Made by a program: the position numbers and the translations under genes. This document shows, piece by piece, positions 1-9,666 of a stretch of DNA of 64,000 bases. The notes below the pieces were generated by a model. It was not told the DNA's origin, searched no databases, and worked only from the letters and a program-made list of their open reading frames with translations. The DNA is from an uncultured Flavobacteriaceae bacterium (GTDB lineage: Bacteria > Bacteroidota > Bacteroidia > Flavobacteriales > Flavobacteriaceae), in assembly GCA_963795025.1 (NCBI GenBank), contig CAWCGN010000010.1, positions 67,990 through 131,989 on the forward strand, given 5' to 3'. The stretch's first letter is position 1. Every line of letters starts with the position of its first letter.

Positions 1-302
1 TCTGTGTAGAAAGAAAATATTTCAGAAAGTGGTGTCGAGTAACGTACAAAACCTCCAATTTTATATTTTTCTGTTTTGTCCATTACCGTAGTTTTTACGT
101 TCATGATTGAACCTTCAACACCTGCAGTCCACTTGTCTGAAAATTGATAACCAACTTTTGGAGAAAATTCAAAATTTTCAAGTTTCGAATCACCAATTTT
201 CTCTGAAGAGAATCCGACATTTCCGCCCAATAAAATTGAATTTTTTTGTGCACTTACAATAGATGTAACTAATATTACAACTGCTACTAATAATTTTTTC
301 AT
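1..302 (-). CDS. Outer-membrane beta-barrel protein (OmpA/PorT-like), N-terminal part; runs off window start
   Basis: Manual minus-strand translation from ATG at 302: MKKLLVAVVILVTSIVSAQKNSILLGGNVGFSS...FEFSPKVGYQFSDKWTAGVEG...IGGFVRY. It has a signal peptide and alternating beta-strands typical of Bacteroidota OMP barrels. Not in the ORF track. Confidence 0.75.
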   Translation of the reverse strand, partial: MKKLLVAVVILVTSIVSAQKNSILLGGNVGFSSEKIGDSKLENFEFSPKVGYQFSDKWTAGVEGSIMNVKTTVMDKTEKYKIGGFVRYSTPLSEIFSFYT

Positions 303-325
303 TTTTGATTTTTTTAATTGAGTTG

Positions 326-333
326 CAAATTTA
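326..333 (-). promoter_or_regulatory. Bacteroidota sigma-A -7 element (TAAATTTG) for the OMP gene
   Basis: Reverse complement of caaattta matches TAnnTTTG, just upstream of the ATG at 302. Confidence 0.55.
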
Positions 334-609
334 GATTAAATTATTTTGTAAGAAATAATTTATATTATAATTTTATTATTGAAGTCTTATTTTTACAAAT
401 TATGATGCATTTTAGTTTTTAAAACCTTCTAAGCTTATATTTTTAATTGTTTTTGATACGTTTATGCAACAAAATTTAATTTAATTTCTCAAAAATTATG
501 AATTTCTCAAAATTCAAGATTATTTGATTTATATAGTTTTGTTTTTTGACTCTTCATTTATTTTTTTTTGCGAAAATGAGCTATATTCGCATCACTTAAA
601 TAAAATAAC

Positions 610-2754
610 ATGAAAAAAATAGTTTTATTCTTAACCATGTGCTTAATGGCTTTTCCTGTAAGAGCTGATGAGGGAATGTGGTTTTTGATGTTTATCGAGA
701 GATTGAACCATAGAGATATGGAGAAAATGGGACTTCAATTAACAGCCGAAGAAATTTACAGTATTAATCACCACAGTTTAAAAGATGCAATTGTACAGTT
801 CAACGGAGGTTGTACTGCTGAAATCGTTTCAAATACTGGTTTGGTACTTACCAATCACCACTGTGGATATAGCGCAATTGCTGAACTTTCATCAGCAGAG
901 CAAAACTATTTAAAAGATGGTTTCTGGGCTAAAGACCGTAGTCAGGAAATGAAACCAAAATCGTTATACGTACGTTTTTTTGTTCGTATGGATGATGTTT
1001 CTAAAAGAATTTTGTCAAAAGTAAATGATCAAATGACAGAAACGGAGAGAAACAAAATCATTCAGCAAGAAATCAGTTTAATTGAAAAAGAAAACAGCGA
1101 AAACGGAAAATATACTGTTTCTGTTCGTCCTTTCTTTCAAGGAAATGAATATTACTATTTTGTATACCAAGATTATACAGATGTTCGTTTAGTTGGAACG
1201 CCTCCAGAAAGTGTTGGTAAATTTGGTGGAGATACTGATAACTGGGAATGGCCACGTCAAACTGGTGATTTTTCAATGTTCAGAGTTTATGCTGATAAAG
1301 ACGGAAATCCTGCAACATATTCAAAAGACAATGTGCCATTGCAACCAAAACATTATTTGCCAGTTAGTATTAAAGGTGTAAAGGAAAATGATTTTGCTAT
1401 GATTCTTGGTTATCCAGGAAGAACAAACCGTTGGATGCCAGCTGGTGGAATTGAGCAAAACGTAAAATTCGCATATCCTGCTTGGGTTGAAGGTGCGAAA
1501 ACCGGAATGGATGTTATGAAAAAGTATATGGATAAAGACGCAACTGTTCGTTTAAACTATGCTTCTAAATATGCTTCGACTGCAAATTACTGGAAAAACC
1601 GTCAAGGTATGATCGATGCTTTAACAAAAGCGGGAACAGCAGATGCAAAAGCAGCACAAGAAGACAAATTTTACGAATGGGCAAGCAAACCGGCTAATAA
1701 AGATAAATACGAAAATGTAATTCCGACAATTAATGATTATTACAGAGAGACGAACTTAAAAGCGCGTCACGATAATTATTTATCACAGGTTTTACGTACA
1801 TCAAGTTATGCTGCTGGTCCAGCAAATCTTGGAAATGCATTGATTGCTTACTATAAAGAAAATGATGCAAAAAGAGCTGAATTATTGCCAAAAATCAACA
1901 CTTTAGTTGAAAATATTTATGGGGATTTTTATGCGCCGTTAGAAAAAGATGTTTTAACTGCTCAGTTAAACTTATATGCTGCTAAAGCATCAGAATACGG
2001 ACTGGCTCCAGAAATCGCAAAAATGAAAGCGGCTAATAATGGTGATTTTACTGCAGATGTAGAAAAAGCAACTGAAATTAGTTATTTTACAAATAAAGAA
2101 AAAGTATTGGCATTTTTAGCTGATCCTAAACCATTAGCGATTGTACACGATCCTTTGTATATTATTTCTAATGATTTGATGACTAAATTCCGTGCAAAAA
2201 CAGATGATCAGGCAAAAGCTGATGATGGTTTTGCAATTGCTTACCGCAAATTAGTTGAAGGTTTAAGAGAATCAAAACTAAATGCTATTAAGTATCCAGA
2301 TGCAAACTCTACTTTGAGATTGACTTACGGAAAAGTTCGCGCTTTACCTGCGGATCCTCGCAACGATGCAAAAATCAACAACTATACTACAATGGAAAGT
2401 ATGGTTAAAAAATACAAAGCAGGAGATCAGGAATTTGATTTGCCAGCGCGTTTGTTAGAATTAAACAAAGCAAAAGATTACGGACAATATGCTGATAAAG
2501 CAGGATATATGCCAATAAACTTTTTAACTGACAACGATATTACTGGAGGGAATTCTGGTTCACCGGTTCTTAACGGAAAAGGAGAATTAATCGGGATTGC
2601 TTTTGACGGAAATATCGAAGCTATGGCTGGTGACGTAATTTTTGATCCTAAATTACAAAGAACAATCAACGTTGATATTCGTTATGTACTTTGGATTATT
2701 GACAAATATGCCGGAGCTAAAAATATTATTGACGAATTGACGATTGCTAAATAA
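610..2754 (+). CDS. S46 family dipeptidyl peptidase (DPP7-like)
   Basis: Signal peptide then DEGMW; catalytic-triad motifs TNHHC, GDF and ITGGNSGSPV; FDGN (Gly) at the S1 position is DPP7-like rather than DPP11-like (FDRN). Confidence 0.92.
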   Translation: MKKIVLFLTMCLMAFPVRADEGMWFLMFIERLNHRDMEKMGLQLTAEEIYSINHHSLKDAIVQFNGGCTAEIVSNTGLVLTNHHCGYSAIAELSSAEQNYLKDGFWAKDRSQEMKPKSLYVRFFVRMDDVSKRILSKVNDQMTETERNKIIQQEISLIEKENSENGKYTVSVRPFFQGNEYYYFVYQDYTDVRLVGTPPESVGKFGGDTDNWEWPRQTGDFSMFRVYADKDGNPATYSKDNVPLQPKHYLPVSIKGVKENDFAMILGYPGRTNRWMPAGGIEQNVKFAYPAWVEGAKTGMDVMKKYMDKDATVRLNYASKYASTANYWKNRQGMIDALTKAGTADAKAAQEDKFYEWASKPANKDKYENVIPTINDYYRETNLKARHDNYLSQVLRTSSYAAGPANLGNALIAYYKENDAKRAELLPKINTLVENIYGDFYAPLEKDVLTAQLNLYAAKASEYGLAPEIAKMKAANNGDFTADVEKATEISYFTNKEKVLAFLADPKPLAIVHDPLYIISNDLMTKFRAKTDDQAKADDGFAIAYRKLVEGLRESKLNAIKYPDANSTLRLTYGKVRALPADPRNDAKINNYTTMESMVKKYKAGDQEFDLPARLLELNKAKDYGQYADKAGYMPINFLTDNDITGGNSGSPVLNGKGELIGIAFDGNIEAMAGDVIFDPKLQRTINVDIRYVLWIIDKYAGAKNIIDELTIAK

Positions 2755-2778
2755 CCTTTAGTTTTCAATATAAATATC

Positions 2779-2814
2779 AAACCCGACAGGTTTTTAAAAC
2801 CTGTCGGGTTTTTT
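2779..2814. terminator. Perfect 16-bp inverted repeat; bidirectional terminator or REP-like palindrome
   Basis: aaacccgacaggtttt-t-aaaacctgtcgggttt followed by a T-tract, between convergent genes. Confidence 0.8.
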
Positions 2815-2868
2815 GATTTAAAAAGCTTCAACTTTATTCGGCTAGACAGAAATTAATTATGAAAATTA

Positions 2869-2956
2869 TTGTCATCCTGAGCGAAGTCGAAGGCTCGCCA
2901 ATTGGAACGTGGTCTTCGACTTCGCTCAGACTGACAAACTTTGCTCAGACTGACAA
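2869..2956. repeat. REP-like palindromic element (GTCATCCTGAGCGAAGTCGAAG type) with partial duplication of the right arm
   Basis: ttgtcatcctgagcgaagtcgaag (2869-2892) pairs with cttcgacttcgctcagactgacaa (2914-2937); gctcagactgacaa is repeated at 2943-2956. Confidence 0.75.
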
Positions 2957-2977
2957 GCTTCATTTGGTCCGAAAAAC

Positions 2978-5900
2978 TTACTGAACTTTCACTCGAATTC
3001 CTTTTGTATGACTTGAAAATTCTGGCGCATACATACTTTGAATAGTTGTAATTCCGTTTGAGAATTCACCGCTGTTATTTACTCTAATGTCATATTCTAA
3101 AACATAAGTGCCTTTATTGATTTGGTCAAAGAAAAAATGGGTTGCAACATCTTTTGTAATCATATAAAATCCTAATCGATCTTTATATTGATATTCTGAA
3201 AGAACATTTACAGGTTCAAAACAAGAAGCTCTCATATCTTTTAAGTGAACATATTCCATATCTTCTTTCGAAGTAATGATTAAACGGACTGTTACTAAAT
3301 CTCCAATTTTTAACGAATTTTGAGTTGTTATTTTCTGCAATTCATCACCTTTTAAAGTGTTTTTCTTTAGATATAATTCTTTCGAAACAGATAAAACGGC
3401 ACCTGAATCATTTTTGATTTTATCCAAATCTTCAAAATACTGCCAATAAACACCACCAAAACCAGGAACTTTCGATTTGTTCTCGATTTTTATTGAAGCC
3501 ATTTCTTTTTTAATTTCTTCACCTTTCCAGTTTAATTTGATGTAGCCTGTTTCGGCTTCTTTTTCATTTTCGGCTAATTTTTTAGTAATGATTTTTTCGT
3601 CTCCCAATTTTATAACCGTATTATCTTTTACAGAAAGCCAGTCGGTTCCTTGCATCAATAAGGCATAAATGGCTTCGGTTGTTGATTTTGTCGTGGGCCA
3701 GTTTTTGTTTTGTTTGTTTTTCAAAAGCCAGACTTTCATCGCATCAACAGATTTGGTATCGTTTGTCACTTCGGCGAAAGCCTCAATCAACAAAGCCTGA
3801 GTTTCAATTGGCGCTTGATACCAATACCAGCCTGCTTTATTTGCAATCCAGTACATTCCCCAATCTTCATTATTCGAAGAAGTTTCTTTTAAACTTTCAA
3901 TTATTTTTTTAGCTGTTTCTTTTTCTCCAAAACGATTCAGTGTTATCGCGGCTAATGCTTTTTCGTATAGCGAATAGTTTAGCCAATCTTTTTTAGCTGT
4001 TTCCAAATATAATTTTGAAGCCTTTTTTAATTCATCAGACATTGGATAGTCTTTCAAATAAAAACTTCTGGTGTACAGATAATGCAAATCAGAATACGGA
4101 TTGATCCAAATTAATTTGTCGGTTGCTTTTAAGTTTTTTGTTCTCGTTCTATAATATTCTAAAAAGTTATTGTCTAAATACGGAATTCCGGTTTTTGCAA
4201 TTTGATCTATTCTATCTTCATTATCTTCAGATTTGCTCAACTTCGCCAAATGACCTAAACCGGCTAAAATATGTCTCGTGATATATTCACTTTCAGAGTA
4301 GCCGTCAAACCATGGGAATCCGCCAGAAGCACTTTGTTTCTTTTTTAATTTTTCGAATGTAGCTTCTTGTGACATTTTCATTTTTTCTAAATCAAATAAA
4401 AGTGCTAAATTTTTCTTCTTTTCGTCTTCACTTTGTGCATCATTCAGCCAAGGCGTTTCGGCAAGAATTATCGATTTTAATTCTTCATTTTCTTCTAATT
4501 TCGAATGCAGTTTTCCGTTTTTTCTCAACGTTTCAAAAATGGTCGCTATTTTCGGATTACTAGAAATAATTTCTGAAGCTAGTGCATTCGCATAAAATCT
4601 AGCAAAAGTTTGTTCGGCGCATTCATGTTCATATTCCATTAAATACGGAAGCGACTGAATGGCAATCCAAGTTGGGTTTGAAGTATATTCAAGTGTAAAC
4701 TGATGATTTCTTAAAGTCGAAGAAGTATTGTTTTTTAAATTCTCAAACGTATATTCTTTAGTCGAATTTTCACGAACCCAAAGTGGAATGCTTTCTGTAA
4801 CCAGCATATTGTTGGTCAGAACCGGAAGAATGTTTTCTTCTCCATCCGAAAAATTACCCGCTTTTGCAACAATTTTATATTGAACGCCTTGCAAACCTTC
4901 AGGAATTGCAATAGTCCAGTTTGCAACTGTATTTCCGAAGGCAGGAATCATAAAGTTTTTGATGTTTTTCGCGTTCAGCATTTTGGCATCAATTGGTTGC
5001 ATTGTCGTAGCATCGAAAAATTGCAAACTCGCGATTCCGGTTTTTGCTTCATTAGTCACATTCGAAATTTTGGCACTAATGTTAATAGTGTCTTTTTCTC
5101 TAAAAAACCGTGGAAAATTCGGCAAAACCATTATTTCTTTTTGAGTAACAATGCTTTTTTCTAGATAACCAGAAACGGCGTCTTTATTATGTGCCAATAG
5201 ACGAAATTTCCATGCGGTCAAAGCTTCGGGTGAAGTAAAATTGAAATTTATATTTCCTTTTTCATCTGTTTTTAAATGTGGCAAAAAGAAAGCAGTTTCT
5301 GATAGATTTTTTCGTGCTTTTACCTCGCTTAATACTTCTAACGATTTTTTGGTTGTGATAAGTATTGCTCCTTCAGAACCTTTGCTTCCATAGATTTTTA
5401 TGGCTTTATCCGGATTTAAAAAGTCGATGTCAAGCAAATCTTGTGCATTTATTTTTTTGAAATTTTCTTCAGATGAAATTTCGCCGTCAATTATATATAA
5501 TGTTCCAGCATTTATAATCATTGATGTTAGTCCACTTGTTATTTTTTGGCCAGGAACAAACTTTACTTTATCGGTTTTAAAATAATATTCAGGATTATTT
5601 CCGTCTTCTGAAACAACTTGTACTCCAGCAACACGTCCAGCAAGCATAAATGTCGAATCAGCAGCACGACTTTCTTTGCTAATTTCCATTGCTTCTACTT
5701 TTGTTACTGCACCAGTAAGAGATTGCTTTTTCTGAATACCATAAGCAGTAACGACAACTTCATCTAAGTGGTTGGAATCGTTTTCTAAAATTTGATTGAT
5801 TGTTTTAGTGTCGGTTACGGTAACTGAAGTAGTTTTAGAGCCAACATAGGAGAAAACTAATACTTCGCCAACAACGGCTTCAATTTCATAATAACCATCA

Positions 5901-8900
5901 AAATCTGAAATTGTGGTTCTTTGAGTACCTTTTACAGTTATTGAAACTCCTGGAAGTTGCAATCCATCATTGTCTGTAATAATTCCTGAAATCATTTTTG
6001 CGTTTGCCGGTTTTCGCACTTTTTTAGTAAGCTGTTTTAAATACTGGCTTTGCTGATAAACTGCATTTGGATTGTTGAAATCAAAACCAAACCAAATTAA
6101 ACTAGTCGATTCGTTTGAAAACTGCATTCCTGAAATAGCAGTATTTAAATTTTGAATCGTTTTATAAATTTGACCAAAACCTAATATTGTTTTTCTATTT
6201 CCAAAATTATTGTTGTATTCATATATTGTTGGTGCGTTCCATCTTTTAATTATGAATTTATCTAAAGAACTGTCATACATCGAGGCTAAAACTTCGGCCT
6301 CTTTTTTTGTGTTTTCGGCTTTTAGCTGAAAGGACCAATTTTCATTGCTTCCGGGTTCTATTTTGCTTCTAAAACTTTCCGCTTTCCATTCTAATTTTGG
6401 AATTTCACTTTTTAGCGCAACGTTTAATTCTTCGTTAAAAACTTGATTTTCAAAAATGCTTTCGAAAGTGATTTTTAAGATTTTTTCGAATTCTGGCTTG
6501 AGCGGTATTTTTACAACGGTTTCATTGTTTTGAAGATGATTTGTTTCTTCAAAAAACAATCCGTTTTTATAATTACCCTGAGTATTTACATACAAATCTG
6601 AAATTGGTGAAGTGAGTTTTAGCTTCACAAAACCATCTTTTTTAGGATCTTCATTAAGTTGTTGTACGCTAAATAATTTGCTCGGATTAAACTTGTCTTT
6701 GCTTTGCGTAAGTTCAAAATCTGTTTTTGCCTCAATTAAATTTCCAAAGCTATCTTTGGCACTAAAAACAATTTTATAATTTCCTGATTTGTAATTGGAA
6801 ATAAAATCAAGCAAGAGTTTTTTCTCTTTTTCTGTATCGACTTTTTTTGAATAGACTAAAGTTTCTTTAGGTTTGTTTAAAAGCTCTTTTCCTGTGGTTT
6901 CATAAGGAAATAATTTTTCAAAATCTTGATCAGAAATGGTTTCAATTTCTGGTATTTCAAAATTTCTAGGCTTAAATTTATTCAAAAACGAACGTATAAA
7001 ATAGATTTTAACTTCACCTTTTGTGGCTTTAACTTCGCCGTTTAGGTTAGTGCTGGTCAAGAAAATTTCGTTTTTGTCTTTAGTCTGAATTTTATTCGGC
7101 ATTGCGGCTTCTAAAATCAAATCATGATAACCCACTTTTACGGTCGTGGTAGACTCATGTGTTTCACCGTTAATATCGGTTACTTCAACTTCAATTTCGT
7201 AAATAAAAATGGGCAATTCCTTTTTTTCAGAATCTTCATCAGGAAGTGCAGGAAATTCAATTGTAAATTTTCCGGAAGCGTCGGTTTTTACTTCGCCATC
7301 GGCAATTTCTTCTTCATCTTCTCTGCCAAAATAATTGTGGATGTAACTTGTATATCGTGTGACAGAATAACTTACAGTTGCATCTGATATGTTGCTTCCA
7401 GCAAAAGCTTTTGCTATACCTTTTACTTTTACCAATTGATTGATTTGAAACGTTTCTTTTTTCGGATCAAATGCAATTTCAAATTTCGGACGTTTGTATT
7501 CTTCAACGTTAAAATTAGCTTGAGAATGATTGAAATTTGCCTTTTGCCAAAACGGATATTTCTCTTTTTCTTTATAAAAATCGGCGGGTTGTTGAGCGGT
7601 AATGTTATAATTGCCAGTTAATCCGGTTTTAGGCAAAGTAAATTCTCCCGAAAAAGATCCAAATTCATTAGTTGTGACATTCAACTCTTTTAAATTGGTG
7701 TAGTTGGGATCCTGAATTAAAATCTTGAAATCCGTATTTTGAACCACAGCAGTTTTGTCATTACTTTTCTGTAGCGCAATTCCTTTAAAATAGACTGTTT
7801 GACCCGGACGATAAATAGCGCGATCTAAATAAAATTCAACTTTAGCTGTGACACTTTCCGGCATATTTACCTGATAAACGCGATCATGAGCAATATAATT
7901 TTTGCTTATTGTAATAGTATCATTTTCAGATGAAACTTGGAGTGTTTCGTAATGTTCACCGTTCGTTGTTTTTTGATAAGTAACTTTGCCATTTTTATCT
8001 GTAATAGAAGCAAATCTCGGTGTACTGACTTTTACATTTGCTAGAGGATTTCCATTTTTTCGATCTAAAACCTGATACGTTTCAATGTTGTTTTTTACTA
8101 ATAATGGCATTGTACTTATTTCTGATACTGCTATCGTTAAATTACTTACGGTTAGTGTTTCATAAGTAGTTGCTTTTTCACCCATTGTATCTTTTTCAGT
8201 TTCAAAATAAATAAGATAGGAACCGGTTTTTAAATTTGGAAGCAATATTTCTGTCGAATATTGAAAATAGTCTCTTTTATTTTCTAGCGTATATGTTTTT
8301 GTGATTTCCGGCTGTTTGCTTTGTACAATGGCATCGGCTGTGTCTTTTGAATTTTGAGACCAAAGGAAAGTAGAAACTTGTTTTTGATTGATTTTATAGA
8401 ATGAAATTTTTAGATTTTCTACATTTTTGTAACGAATTAAAGCACGTGTATTTTCATCGTTGTAAATATATTTCTGAAGTTGCACCTCAAGTACTTTTGA
8501 AAGTAATTTGTGTTTGGTTTGTAAAGCTTTTTTTTGTGCATTCGATCTATTGTTGACTTGTATAATGCTATCTAAAGTCGCAACTGCTTTGTTATTAAAA
8601 TCAGGATGAAGAGTTTTTGAAGCAAATGGAAGTAAACAATCTACTTTTTGCAATTGAATTTTTTGAATCAATATTTTGTCATCTGTCTTTTTTTGAAGTT
8701 TCGTAAGTGCAGTTAAATAATCTAGATCGGCTTGAAACAATTGGTTTTTGCAAAAAAGCAAACGTTCAAATTCATTTTCTGATGTCGGATTTATGCTTTC
8801 TTTTTTTTGATATAGCGAAATAACCAAACGAAGATTTTCATTCTTTATAAAATCTAAACTCAGTTTTGTAAATGTGGCAACATCTCCGTAGAGATCCTTT

Positions 8901-9538
8901 TTATAAGGTATGAAAGAAGTTTTCCCAATTTCCCAAGTGTTTAATTTTTGAGTATAAAAAGTGATGTTCTCGTTTATAACATAGTTATATAAGTTTTCGG
9001 TTTTGAATTTCTCTAGCGAAGCATAATCAAATATAGATTCGTATTTGCTTAGCGGTATATTTTTTAGCAAATTCTCGTTTTGTAGCGTTTCGGCCAGCGA
9101 AGCATTTATTTGATCGTTAAAATTCTTTGACGTCCATGTCAGGAAATCAGCATTCACCATTTCTAGATTGGTTCGCTTTTCAATTAAATAGTTGTTTTTT
9201 TTGAGATAAGCATACAAACATTTAGCATAAACTATATTTAGAATTGCTTTTGAGGGAATCGAAACTTGACTAATATTCGATTTTAAATTGTTTATAATCT
9301 TAGTTTGTGCATCTTCTTCGAGAATTTGCATGTATTTAGATTGATAAAAAAAGCATTTTATTATTTGTTCTTCGTCCTTTTTAGCTTTTGCATTTTTGTA
9401 AATTCCAGCAACAATTGCGCTGGCAGATTTAATTTTTCCTTCTTTTTCAAGAGCAATAATTTCGCTCCATTTTTTATCATTTTGTTGTGCAAAAACTGTT
9501 GTCGAAAGGAATAAGAATACAAATAATATTTTTTTCAT
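2978..9538 (-). CDS. Bacterial alpha-2-macroglobulin (MG2/A2M domains) with internal CarboxypepD_reg-like and TonB-plug module
   Basis: MG2 motif YLDRAIYRPGQTVYFKG; A2M motif RKNLSETAFFLPHL...FTSPEALTAWK; thioester motif ECAEQ; C-terminal SMYAPEF; SusC-like insert at about 5345-5995. Confidence 0.9.
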   Translation of the reverse strand: MKKILFVFLFLSTTVFAQQNDKKWSEIIALEKEGKIKSASAIVAGIYKNAKAKKDEEQIIKCFFYQSKYMQILEEDAQTKIINNLKSNISQVSIPSKAILNIVYAKCLYAYLKKNNYLIEKRTNLEMVNADFLTWTSKNFNDQINASLAETLQNENLLKNIPLSKYESIFDYASLEKFKTENLYNYVINENITFYTQKLNTWEIGKTSFIPYKKDLYGDVATFTKLSLDFIKNENLRLVISLYQKKESINPTSENEFERLLFCKNQLFQADLDYLTALTKLQKKTDDKILIQKIQLQKVDCLLPFASKTLHPDFNNKAVATLDSIIQVNNRSNAQKKALQTKHKLLSKVLEVQLQKYIYNDENTRALIRYKNVENLKISFYKINQKQVSTFLWSQNSKDTADAIVQSKQPEITKTYTLENKRDYFQYSTEILLPNLKTGSYLIYFETEKDTMGEKATTYETLTVSNLTIAVSEISTMPLLVKNNIETYQVLDRKNGNPLANVKVSTPRFASITDKNGKVTYQKTTNGEHYETLQVSSENDTITISKNYIAHDRVYQVNMPESVTAKVEFYLDRAIYRPGQTVYFKGIALQKSNDKTAVVQNTDFKILIQDPNYTNLKELNVTTNEFGSFSGEFTLPKTGLTGNYNITAQQPADFYKEKEKYPFWQKANFNHSQANFNVEEYKRPKFEIAFDPKKETFQINQLVKVKGIAKAFAGSNISDATVSYSVTRYTSYIHNYFGREDEEEIADGEVKTDASGKFTIEFPALPDEDSEKKELPIFIYEIEVEVTDINGETHESTTTVKVGYHDLILEAAMPNKIQTKDKNEIFLTSTNLNGEVKATKGEVKIYFIRSFLNKFKPRNFEIPEIETISDQDFEKLFPYETTGKELLNKPKETLVYSKKVDTEKEKKLLLDFISNYKSGNYKIVFSAKDSFGNLIEAKTDFELTQSKDKFNPSKLFSVQQLNEDPKKDGFVKLKLTSPISDLYVNTQGNYKNGLFFEETNHLQNNETVVKIPLKPEFEKILKITFESIFENQVFNEELNVALKSEIPKLEWKAESFRSKIEPGSNENWSFQLKAENTKKEAEVLASMYDSSLDKFIIKRWNAPTIYEYNNNFGNRKTILGFGQIYKTIQNLNTAISGMQFSNESTSLIWFGFDFNNPNAVYQQSQYLKQLTKKVRKPANAKMISGIITDNDGLQLPGVSITVKGTQRTTISDFDGYYEIEAVVGEVLVFSYVGSKTTSVTVTDTKTINQILENDSNHLDEVVVTAYGIQKKQSLTGAVTKVEAMEISKESRAADSTFMLAGRVAGVQVVSEDGNNPEYYFKTDKVKFVPGQKITSGLTSMIINAGTLYIIDGEISSEENFKKINAQDLLDIDFLNPDKAIKIYGSKGSEGAILITTKKSLEVLSEVKARKNLSETAFFLPHLKTDEKGNINFNFTSPEALTAWKFRLLAHNKDAVSGYLEKSIVTQKEIMVLPNFPRFFREKDTINISAKISNVTNEAKTGIASLQFFDATTMQPIDAKMLNAKNIKNFMIPAFGNTVANWTIAIPEGLQGVQYKIVAKAGNFSDGEENILPVLTNNMLVTESIPLWVRENSTKEYTFENLKNNTSSTLRNHQFTLEYTSNPTWIAIQSLPYLMEYEHECAEQTFARFYANALASEIISSNPKIATIFETLRKNGKLHSKLEENEELKSIILAETPWLNDAQSEDEKKKNLALLFDLEKMKMSQEATFEKLKKKQSASGGFPWFDGYSESEYITRHILAGLGHLAKLSKSEDNEDRIDQIAKTGIPYLDNNFLEYYRTRTKNLKATDKLIWINPYSDLHYLYTRSFYLKDYPMSDELKKASKLYLETAKKDWLNYSLYEKALAAITLNRFGEKETAKKIIESLKETSSNNEDWGMYWIANKAGWYWYQAPIETQALLIEAFAEVTNDTKSVDAMKVWLLKNKQNKNWPTTKSTTEAIYALLMQGTDWLSVKDNTVIKLGDEKIITKKLAENEKEAETGYIKLNWKGEEIKKEMASIKIENKSKVPGFGGVYWQYFEDLDKIKNDSGAVLSVSKELYLKKNTLKGDELQKITTQNSLKIGDLVTVRLIITSKEDMEYVHLKDMRASCFEPVNVLSEYQYKDRLGFYMITKDVATHFFFDQINKGTYVLEYDIRVNNSGEFSNGITTIQSMYAPEFSSHTKGIRVKVQ

Positions 9539-9666
9539 AAATCGGTTTTCTAGTATAGAGGATTATTTTGGCGGAAAGGTTGGATGAGATTAAAAATAAT
9601 TTTCGTACAAATTACTAATTTAACTTCAAAAGCAAATAGCATTTTATATTTCCTTATTTTTGAAAT

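Noticed and set aside
1073-9514. Short antisense or out-of-frame ORFs inside the S46 and A2M genes (and similar ones across the ribosomal cluster)
   Set aside because: Fully overlap well-supported genes and have no recognisable motifs
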